The translations under genes and the position numbers were made by a program. This document shows, one piece after another, positions 1 through 7,625 of a stretch of 27,455 bases of DNA; within the stretch, counting starts at the first letter, position 1, and each line of letters begins with the position of its first letter. Under the pieces are notes generated by a model. That model did no database searches and had not been told where the DNA came from. It worked only from the letters and a program-made list of their open reading frames with translations. The DNA comes from Planctomycetota bacterium (lineage in GTDB: Bacteria > Planctomycetota > B15-G4 > SIAN01). The stretch covers positions 1 through 27,455 of the forward strand of contig JANNXA010000023.1 in the NCBI GenBank assembly GCA_031409275.1, given 5' to 3'.

Positions 1-2
1 GC

Positions 3-95
3 TACAAGAACCCCGGCGCCGAGACGGTGTGGAAGGGCCTCGAACGCCTGACCGACATCACGACGGCCTACCGGCTCTTCCTCTCCTCGGCGTAG
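3..95 (+). mobile_element. 3' end of an IS4-family (IS50/Tn5-like) transposase, truncated by the window edge
   Basis: Translation from position 3 gives YKNPGAETVWKGLERLTDITTAYRLFLSSA*. This resembles the PGxxTxWxGxxRL C-terminal motif of IS50/Tn5-type transposases. Confidence 0.75.
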
Positions 96-116
96 GGCGC
101 AGTGTCCAGCGGGGGG

Positions 117-135
117 ACTTGTGGGGCAGGATCAG
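117..135 (-). repeat. IS4/IS50-like right terminal inverted repeat
   Basis: The reverse complement CTGATCCTGCCCCACAAGT matches the IS50 outside end CTGACTCTTATACACAAGT at 13/19 positions. It starts about 20 bp after the transposase stop. Confidence 0.65.
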
Positions 136-148
136 CGGGGGGTAGCGG

Positions 149-302
149 CCCGTTGGAAAAGTCGCCGCGAATCCGGGGAGTGGATTTCGAGTCGAGACGA
201 GGAGGGCGTTCGAAGCCAACTCCCCGGTGAGTTGTCGAAAACGTCCGACGAAGCACCGGCTTGAAAGACGCCGCCGGGCGACACGGAGAGTTCTCTAACG
301 GA
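149..302. mobile_element. MITE/REP-like non-autonomous element with imperfect terminal inverted repeats
   Basis: cccgttggaaaagtc (149-163) and gagttctctaacgga (288-302) are imperfect inverted repeats (11/15) around a non-coding interior. Confidence 0.4.
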
Positions 303-339
303 CTGATAGGGCGGCGCCAAGACGGCGTGGCGATTGGGC

Positions 340-1040
340 GACAAAGTGGTCGACCTGGCCGAAGGCGCTGTTCCACCGCAGTCGCTCGAGCCGTGCGCGA
401 CGTTTCCGATCGACGGGCAAAGACCGGGTTTCCCGCCAGCGACACCACGTACTCGACCTTGACTTGACTGCTTCAGCAGCTCGAAGAGCTCCGGGCCAGC
501 GAAGCCGGCGTCGAGCCGCACCTGCAGCTTCGCTTTCGGAAAAACCGCTTCAGGCGATTGACCATCCGCCTGATCAGCAACAGTCCGCCTTGCACCTCGC
601 GCGCCGCGCCCGGACGCCACAGCGAGCCGCGTGACACCTGCCGCTCGAAGCGCGACAGCGTTCGCTGCGAGGCGAAGCCAGCGGCAGCCGCGCCAAATTG
701 TTGCCGTCGACATAACCGCAGGCGATGCCGAACACCCGCTGCCGCACCAGAGACTGCAGCGAGTACTCGATGCGAGCGCCCAGCCGCTGCTCCCGGACGG
801 CGCCCGCGAGACGAGCGGTCAGACTCGACGAGCGGTCCACCTTCTGCAGCAGCACCGCGCCGCCATCCGACGTGGTTCGGGCTCGTCGAACACCGCCTCG
901 ACCCGCCGCGACGACCCACTGGCGAGGAGAACACCCGGCTCGCTACCGTCGCTCACGCTGGAAGACCCTCGAATCAGCTCTGGTAGGCCGATTCGTACGC
1001 AGCGAGGGCTTTCGAGTTTCAGGTTCATGAATGATTTGGG
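340..1040 (-). pseudogene. Decayed IS1380-family transposase with its left terminal repeat
   Basis: Fragments in different frames: LLQKVDRSSSLTARLAGAVREQR..YSLQSLVRQRVFGIACGYVDGNNLARL, then FPKAKLQVRLDAGFAGPELFELL, then VEYVVSLAGNPVFARR. All resemble IS1380 (DDE_Tnp_1_4) motifs, with internal deletions and frameshifts. The terminus CCCAAATCATTCATGAA, read on the minus strand from 1040, resembles IS1380 ends. Confidence 0.8.
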
Positions 1041-1571
1041 CCAGGTCTCAGGCCGACTCGAACTCACACCTGACGCGCCGTCGGGCTGCGGAACGCAACC
1101 GGCCAACCTTGCGCTCGGCAACCTGGCCGATGAAGAGAAACCGCGCGAGACCGCGCGCGTCAAGCTGCCGTTCGCGACAGTGCATGTCGCGGCGTGCCCG
1201 ATGGTGGAGGCATTCCTTGAATGCGACGCCAGAGGTCTCTGGCGGCTGGCAGCAACGTTCGTACGGCCGGCAATTTCGCCGCTGGACGATGGTGGGCAAG
1301 ACCGAGTACGCCTACCACGACGGCGTGCGGACAGCGGCGACACGAGCGGGGCCTAACGCTGGTGAAGACCAATACGACGTTGGTCGACCGCCGCATCGAG
1401 ATGGTGGAAACCAAGTACTGCTGCTGCTGGAAGAGCCCCGCCTCTTCGGGGACAGAGCGAATTCTTGCGCAAGAGGTGGTTTTGGACCGACGGCCTCACC
1501 GCTCGTGGCGCCGCGATCAGCGGACCAGCTCACACTCGATCTTGAATGTCTTGCAACATCGTCGGCGGCAG

Positions 1572-3185
1572 TCAATCCAATGCTTCCTCGGCGGCGGTGA
1601 ACAGTCCGAGACCGAAGTGCGCTCCGTAACCGAGGCTGATGGGACCCCGCACCGGTCGTTCGAACACGAGTTGGATCGCGAATCCGGCGTCGATGGGAGG
1701 TCGTCGTGCCGGCGACCGCCGGACGCGGACGGCGTGGCGCAGATGACGGTTGCTCTCGTCCCAACGCAGCAACTCGACTGCAGCGGGCGGAAGGCCCCGG
1801 GATGCGAGTTCGCTTTGGATCTGCCCATCGAGCGTGTTGGCTCCCCGTGGTTTCGCGTGGCGCGGAAAAACCAGGGGGGCGCAGCTCTTCCAGGTGCGTG
1901 CACCCGAACTTGGCCCGAGCAAGGCTCGGATTCCAGAGTTGAGCGGCGTTGGCAGCGTCCTCAAGTCATCGAGGTCGCCCTGCGCGGCGATGGCAACCCG
2001 CAGTTCGCCCACGCCGCCCTTGGTCCAGGTTCGCGTGAGGCTGCGCAGAGCCAGTTGAGCGGCCGCGCCGAATCCCATCGGCGCGTGGACGACGACGTGA
2101 TCGAGATGACCGTCACCGTCGAGGTCGATCGGCAGCACGTGCGCATGTCGGTGCCCGGTCAGCGGCTTGCCGGCGGCGTCCTTGCCAGTCAGCTCGGGGC
2201 ACGGGACGCGATCTCCCCCGCCTACGCGAGCGACGAGGGCGCGGTGCAGTAGCTCGGCCTGCGGCAGCGCTCGACCGACGAGCGGGAGCGCGGAGCGGCT
2301 GCCACTTGGCGTGGTCAGCGCGAGGAGCACCGTCGTGATCTTCGCCCGCGTCATTCGCGTGATCGGGGCGGGTGCTGCGATGGTCAGCGCATCGCTGCGG
2401 CGCCAGTAGAGAACGCGACGCGAGCCTGGCGGCTGCGTCCAGCGGTGGTGTTTCCACCATGCCGTGTCGCGCTCGAGGCAGTTGATGAGATCAACCGGAT
2501 AGGGCTCGACTGCCGCCGCCCGTTCCCTCATCAGCTTCGTGCTGGGTCGCTTGCCGTCGGGAAGCGGGCTGGCGGCGAGGGCGCTTGCCACGGACTGATC
2601 GCGCCATTCGCGGTACGCGCCGGCTGGCTCGGCCGCCATCACCGACACTTGTTCGAATCCTGGCTTGCCGTGATGTCCATCGACATGGGGGTAGGCGTCG
2701 CTTCCTGGCGGCAGTTCAGCGTCGTCGCGGCTTAGTGAGGCCTCGACCCAACTCTCGCTCCGGCCGAGGTATCCGAGGTGCTCGGCCAGCGTCGCGAGCA
2801 ACGCCGACGCCTCTTCGTCGAGTTCGTGGTCCCAACAAATGGCGAGCACACCGTCGCCGATCTCAGCCCATGAATCGAAGACGAGCGTGGTCTTCTCGCG
2901 GCCCTTGTCGAACACCCCGGTCGGCATGAAGTGGCGGCTGTGAGCGACGGTTGTCGGCGGCAGTCGGTAACGCGGCAGCGTCTCAGCGAGCGACTCAAGC
3001 AGCCGCCTTCCGGCAGGCGGGATCTCGCTCCAACCCTGCGTTGCGTAGCCGCAGGCGATGAGTGCGCGCAGGATCCGCCAAGGGCTGGGCGGCCACTCGA
3101 CCAGCCCCTCGTTGACGTGATGGCCCCACGGTGTGGCGTGGTAGCGGCCGCCTGGGAAGCGCAGGAGCAGCGTCGGCATGATCAC
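1572..3185 (-). CDS. csb2: Type I-G CRISPR Csb2 (Cas5/Cas6 fusion)
   Basis: N-terminal RFPGGRYHATPW..EWPPSPWRILRAL and LGYLGRSESWV (Cas5-like), and C-terminal G-rich loop GPISLGYGAHFGLGLF (Cas6-like). Start is GTG at 3185, overlapping the cas7 stop, or ATG at 3179. Confidence 0.93.
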   Translation of the reverse strand: MIMPTLLLRFPGGRYHATPWGHHVNEGLVEWPPSPWRILRALIACGYATQGWSEIPPAGRRLLESLAETLPRYRLPPTTVAHSRHFMPTGVFDKGREKTTLVFDSWAEIGDGVLAICWDHELDEEASALLATLAEHLGYLGRSESWVEASLSRDDAELPPGSDAYPHVDGHHGKPGFEQVSVMAAEPAGAYREWRDQSVASALAASPLPDGKRPSTKLMRERAAAVEPYPVDLINCLERDTAWWKHHRWTQPPGSRRVLYWRRSDALTIAAPAPITRMTRAKITTVLLALTTPSGSRSALPLVGRALPQAELLHRALVARVGGGDRVPCPELTGKDAAGKPLTGHRHAHVLPIDLDGDGHLDHVVVHAPMGFGAAAQLALRSLTRTWTKGGVGELRVAIAAQGDLDDLRTLPTPLNSGIRALLGPSSGARTWKSCAPLVFPRHAKPRGANTLDGQIQSELASRGLPPAAVELLRWDESNRHLRHAVRVRRSPARRPPIDAGFAIQLVFERPVRGPISLGYGAHFGLGLFTAAEEALD

Positions 3186-4213
3186 TGTCCGTCGGCAACG
3201 GCATCTTCGTCGTCTTCGTCGCGCTCATCTCCGTCGTTGGCCGCTTTCTCGTCCTTCCCCTTCGTCAGCTTGCCGTCGAACGTGACGGTGGCCTGCTTCA
3301 TCTGCTCCTTGCAGGCGGCGATGGCCTCGCGCACCGCCTTCTCGAGGTCCGCGAGGCTCGGGAGCCGGAATCCAGCGGGGCGAGTCGCGACGATCACGTC
3401 GAGATCGACGGTCTCGAAGTCGCACGCGGCCCTAAGACGGAGATCGCCGTCAAGCAGCCGGCGGACGCGGTGCAGAGCCAGCAACACGAGCAGGCGATCG
3501 ACAGGTCGACCGAGCCCGTATCCGCGAACCTGGGCGAGGTCGAGGTTGACATGGCAGTCGATGCGCTCCGCCGTGAACTCATCACGGGCGAATGGGACAT
3601 TCCCGAAACCGTCCTTGGTGACGCCCGAAGGATTCACGTGGTCGTTCTTCACGCCGCCGGAAGCTGCCACGCGAGCACCGGTCGCCTCGATGAACGCCGA
3701 CAGCGCACGAGCCACTCGCAGGCGCCCGCCCGCCAGCTCCTTCTTCGCGAGGAACACGCCGTGGATCAGGCTGCCCACGTCGTACTGGAGCAGGACCTTC
3801 GCGAGGAGCTTGCGATCGATCGGACCCTCTTCGAGTCCACCGAGCGCGTTCTTGAGTTCCTTGAAGAACGATGCGTCCTGCGAGTTCGCGAGCAGATAGG
3901 GGCTGTTGAGGCGGTGCGCTTCGAGCATCGTGTCGGTCAGGAACGCGCCTTTCCGCTTCACCGTCACATGCGAGATTCCCGCCAGCGAGTCGATCGGCTG
4001 GTTGTCGACGAAATTCCAGCAGGTCGCCTCCAGCCGGTTGGCCATGCTCTGGGTGCTCTCGACCAGTAGCTTGGATCCGTTGCTGGTCTGGTAGGTGGCG
4101 GCCCCCAGGCTCGGGAATCCAGTCGGCTGGAAGCGGTCGCCCTGCAGCGGTTTCAGCTCGACGGTGAAGAGCACGCGCGTTGCCGTGTCGAGAGCGGTCA
4201 GATCGAGAGTCAT
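3182..4213 (-). CDS. cas7: Type I-G Cas7 (Csb1)
   Basis: Motifs RFQPTGFPSLGAA, LLVESTQSMANRLE, EAHRLNSPY, SLIHGVF and SGGVKNDHV. Start re-assigned to ATG 4213 (MTLDLTALD), which overlaps the cas8g stop as ATGA. 343 aa. Confidence 0.93.
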   Translation of the reverse strand: MTLDLTALDTATRVLFTVELKPLQGDRFQPTGFPSLGAATYQTSNGSKLLVESTQSMANRLEATCWNFVDNQPIDSLAGISHVTVKRKGAFLTDTMLEAHRLNSPYLLANSQDASFFKELKNALGGLEEGPIDRKLLAKVLLQYDVGSLIHGVFLAKKELAGGRLRVARALSAFIEATGARVAASGGVKNDHVNPSGVTKDGFGNVPFARDEFTAERIDCHVNLDLAQVRGYGLGRPVDRLLVLLALHRVRRLLDGDLRLRAACDFETVDLDVIVATRPAGFRLPSLADLEKAVREAIAACKEQMKQATVTFDGKLTKGKDEKAANDGDERDEDDEDAVADGQ

Positions 4214-6468
4214 GAGTTCTCCTGCTGGCGATTGGACTCGAAGGAGCGGGCCAAAGCGCACGCGGTGCGGTTGCTGATCGGGAACGCCAAGGCGGCGGCC
4301 CACAAGCGCGCGGTTGTTGGTGAGGCAGAAGCGGCGCGGATCGGCGGGCAAAGACCCGCGGGCCGCATGCGGCGAAGGGCGATCTCGACGGCGGCCGTGG
4401 CATCTCCTGATCGCAAGCGTCGGACGATTGCTTGGTCTGCAGGGATGTCGCGACCACGTTCGAGCGGCCACGGCAGGCATGCCAATCGCAGAGCGATCCA
4501 AGGCTCGGCGGGCCATGAACCTGCAGGTGCCGTTGCCGAAATGGGCGGCGTCGACCCCCGCCAATTCACCGCCATGAAGGCGTGAGCGAGCCCCGAGACG
4601 CGGTTCAGGTCCACGTCGCCCTCGACCAACGCGGCGAGGTCTGCGGGCTCGGCTCCGCATCCAGACGCTGCCACCAGCGGGAGGCGCCGCTGACCGCTCC
4701 GTGCGGCTTCGATCAAGCGTCGCTCGACGAGCGAAGAGAAGTCGGCGACCGGGTCTCGCCCGCTCATGACGACGCGCGGATCGCGGAACAGTCGCTTGTC
4801 CTGTTCGTGATAGCGACGCGCTCCAGGCTTCAGGGGGAGCCAGTGGTGTCGGATCGGATCAAGCGGTCGGCCGCGCCGGTCGTACTCCGCCGCCGCGCTG
4901 CCAAGCGCGCGAGCGAGTCGCCACTCGACGCTGCCGTCGTCCGACACGAGGACCCATTCGGGCTGCAGCCGCGGGATCGGACCTGCCCTGATGGCGGTTC
5001 CGCCCACTTGGATGGCCTCGATCGCTGCGGCGGACAGCAGCACGCTTTGCCAGCGTTCAGCAGTGTCGTCGTGCGTGAGCAGCGCGAAGACGGCGTTGGC
5101 AAGCTGCCGTTCGGCGTGGATCAACCGTGCCGGCGCATTCTTGTCGCGTGCGGCACGCTGGAGCCGGTCAAGCCAGGGCGAGAGATCGTCGATCAGGCGA
5201 GCACGCGGGCGCTCGACCACGTCGACGCGTCCAAGCGGAACGGCGAGCTGGGCTTGACCATTCCTTTCCAGGAAGCCGAATCGCGTGAATCCTCGGACGC
5301 CGCGCGCGGCTCCCAGCCGACTCACGGCGCGAACGACATCGACCGGTCGCTGCGCAGCATCCCGTCCAAGCTGCATGCGTGCTTCTCCGAGCATGGCCTC
5401 GAAGTCGCTTGCGGTGCTCGGTCGGGTCCAGAGGGGCATCCACTGCTCGCCTCGATCCGACTTCTCGGCGCCCGTGCTCCCGTGACCTACGGCATGCGCG
5501 CGGACCGAGAAGGGGGCGCTGGCACGGCTCGAAGCCCTGGGGTCGAGGCGCCGTGTTGAGCGGGCGCTGAACATCACGGCGCCTTCGATCATCAAGACGA
5601 AGTCCCAGGGATTGATGAAGCTGTCGCCGCCGGGACCGGTCGTGCTGTTCGCGCCACCGGCACTCCCCGGCAGGAACTGTCCGACGGCCCCCGCGACGAC
5701 GCCGCGGGTCACCGTGCGCCAAAGAGCGTCGGCGAGCAACCCGGATGCAACTGGACGTGGCCCACCGTCGGATGCGACGAAGAAGAGGTCATCGAGCCGT
5801 TGCATCGCATTGTTGGTGAAATCGACTCGGCCATCGTTGCCCCCAGTGCCGAGCAGAGCCGGGAAGGACGGTTTTCCCTCTTCCGGCAGGACGAGGGCGG
5901 CGTCCATCCATGCACGATGGGGCCCACGCCAGGCGAGTTCGCATGGCCTGAACAGGTCGGCCTTGAGGGATGCGAAGCACTCGTTTGCGGCCGCAAGGTC
6001 CGCCTTGTAGCCGGCATCGTTCTTCAAGGCCGCTGCCGCACGCTTCTGCTCGTCCGTCATCCCCTTCTTGGTCTTGGTGCGATCCTTCAACGCGCGCACC
6101 GCCGCGTCGGCAGCGGCGAGTTCCTTGAGCGGCGCTCGCGCGGACTTGATGCCGCGACGAAGCGCTGCGAACCGCGCTGCGGTCGACTTCTCGAGAGGTG
6201 TCAGTCCAGGGTCGTTCGGCGAGAAGAACCCCGAACCCTTGTTCCATGGCGACACGAACGGGGTCGGCGCGTACTCCTCGAGGAAGAAGCGATCGAGCGC
6301 TCGTCGATCCAGCGCTGTCAGCAAACAGAAGTGCTGGTCCTGCCACCACCCGCGGACGGTCGGATCCTTCTGCTCGGCGACCAGGCGCAGGATGCCCAGC
6401 GCCTTGAGGTAGTGGGCAAGCGGCACCGGGGAGCAGCCCCGAAGCTCGTGCATGTGCAAGGCGGTCAT
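4210..6468 (-). CDS. csx17: Type I-G large subunit Cas8g1 (Csx17)
   Basis: Motifs LRGCSPVPLAHYLKALGILRLVAEQKDP, PTPFVSPWNKGSGF, LLGTGGNDGRVDFTNN, NPWDFVLMIEGA and RFGFLERNGQA. Confidence 0.92.
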   Translation of the reverse strand: MTALHMHELRGCSPVPLAHYLKALGILRLVAEQKDPTVRGWWQDQHFCLLTALDRRALDRFFLEEYAPTPFVSPWNKGSGFFSPNDPGLTPLEKSTAARFAALRRGIKSARAPLKELAAADAAVRALKDRTKTKKGMTDEQKRAAAALKNDAGYKADLAAANECFASLKADLFRPCELAWRGPHRAWMDAALVLPEEGKPSFPALLGTGGNDGRVDFTNNAMQRLDDLFFVASDGGPRPVASGLLADALWRTVTRGVVAGAVGQFLPGSAGGANSTTGPGGDSFINPWDFVLMIEGAVMFSARSTRRLDPRASSRASAPFSVRAHAVGHGSTGAEKSDRGEQWMPLWTRPSTASDFEAMLGEARMQLGRDAAQRPVDVVRAVSRLGAARGVRGFTRFGFLERNGQAQLAVPLGRVDVVERPRARLIDDLSPWLDRLQRAARDKNAPARLIHAERQLANAVFALLTHDDTAERWQSVLLSAAAIEAIQVGGTAIRAGPIPRLQPEWVLVSDDGSVEWRLARALGSAAAEYDRRGRPLDPIRHHWLPLKPGARRYHEQDKRLFRDPRVVMSGRDPVADFSSLVERRLIEAARSGQRRLPLVAASGCGAEPADLAALVEGDVDLNRVSGLAHAFMAVNWRGSTPPISATAPAGSWPAEPWIALRLACLPWPLERGRDIPADQAIVRRLRSGDATAAVEIALRRMRPAGLCPPIRAASASPTTARLWAAALAFPISNRTACALARSFESNRQQENS

Positions 6469-7625
6469 GGCGGCTCCTTCTCAGGAGCGGCGCGCTGGTC
6501 GAGGAGTGCGCGGTCTGTCTCGACGAGGTGTTGCAGAGCCTCTACCGAAGGCAGCGCGACCTGGTAGCGAGAGACGAACAACTGGTGGTCGAGTCCGGCC
6601 GTCGCGTAGTGGACCTTGGTCTCGTCCTTGTCGCTGCACAGGATCAGTCCCACGGGCGGCTGGTCGCTGGCGCCGAGCATGTGGTCTTTCCACCACTGCA
6701 AATAAAAGTTCATCTGGCCGGCATCGCCGTGCGTGAACGAGCGCACCTTCAAGTCGATGAGCAGGTGGCAGCGCAGGACACGGTGATAGAAGACGAGGTC
6801 GATCCAGTCGTGCTCGTTGCCGACCGAGATTCGTTTCTGCCGTGCCTCGAAGCAGAAGCCGGTCCCGAGTTCGAGCAGGAACGCCTGCAGGTGATCGAGG
6901 AGAGCAGCCGCGAGATCGCTCTCGCGATACTGGGCGCGCTCCGCGAGGCCGGTGAACTCCAGCACGTACGGATCGCGGAGCTGGCTGGCGACCATCGGCT
7001 GTTCCGCCGCCGATCCGGTCCGCGCCGCGGCGATCACGGCCTGCTTGTCGATCGACAGGCCGGTGCGCTCGTAGAGCGACGAGCCGATCTGCCGGCGGAG
7101 TTCGCGCAGCGACCAGGACGCGCCCAACGTCTCGTTTTCGTAGAAGGCGCGCTTCCAAGGGTCGTCGAGGCGGAGCAGCTCGACGACATGCGACCAGGTG
7201 AACCGGAAGACCGCCTCGGCAGGGAGCGGGGGCACCAGTCGCTCCGAGGATTTCCGCGACACCGTCGCGGAAATCTCCCCGGAGGCCGCGATCCGCCGCA
7301 ATTCCGGCGATGGCGGGAACTGCGGCAGTGACTGCGCGGTGATCACCGGGCCCACCTGCGGATACGTCCGGTAGAAACCGCGCATTCGCTCGAGGACGTC
7401 GGGGCTCGTCCCGCGTAACCCGGAGGTCTCCAGATCTGCGGACAGGCGCTTCAGCAACCCGGACCCGTAGGTCGCACGATCTGCACCGCGCTGCTCGAAC
7501 TCGACGATCCATCCGCCGATCAACCAATTCCGCACCAGCAGCGCTCGATGCACGGCTGCCACGGCGCTGCCCAAGGTCTGGCCGTGCAGGGTGGTGATGG
7601 TTGCGACGAGGTCGATGTAGTTCAC
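6465..7625 (-). CDS. DUF1016 / YhcG-family PD-(D/E)XK nuclease embedded in the cas operon
   Basis: Motifs NWLIGGWIVEFEQRGADRATYG, TWSHVVELL, WSLRELRRQIGSSLYER, RDPYVLEF, FLLELGTGFCFEARQKRI, IDLVFYHRVLRCHLLIDLK, GQMNFY and PVGLILC. Confidence 0.92.
   Translation of the reverse strand: MNYIDLVATITTLHGQTLGSAVAAVHRALLVRNWLIGGWIVEFEQRGADRATYGSGLLKRLSADLETSGLRGTSPDVLERMRGFYRTYPQVGPVITAQSLPQFPPSPELRRIAASGEISATVSRKSSERLVPPLPAEAVFRFTWSHVVELLRLDDPWKRAFYENETLGASWSLRELRRQIGSSLYERTGLSIDKQAVIAAARTGSAAEQPMVASQLRDPYVLEFTGLAERAQYRESDLAAALLDHLQAFLLELGTGFCFEARQKRISVGNEHDWIDLVFYHRVLRCHLLIDLKVRSFTHGDAGQMNFYLQWWKDHMLGASDQPPVGLILCSDKDETKVHYATAGLDHQLFVSRYQVALPSVEALQHLVETDRALLDQRAAPEKEPP

Noticed and set aside
145..160. 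gcggcccgttggaaaa resembles the 3' end of the CRISPR repeat (possible solitary repeat or regulatory mini-array)
   Set aside because: The match is short and gapped, lacks the repeat hairpin, and coincides with the MITE-like inverted repeat.
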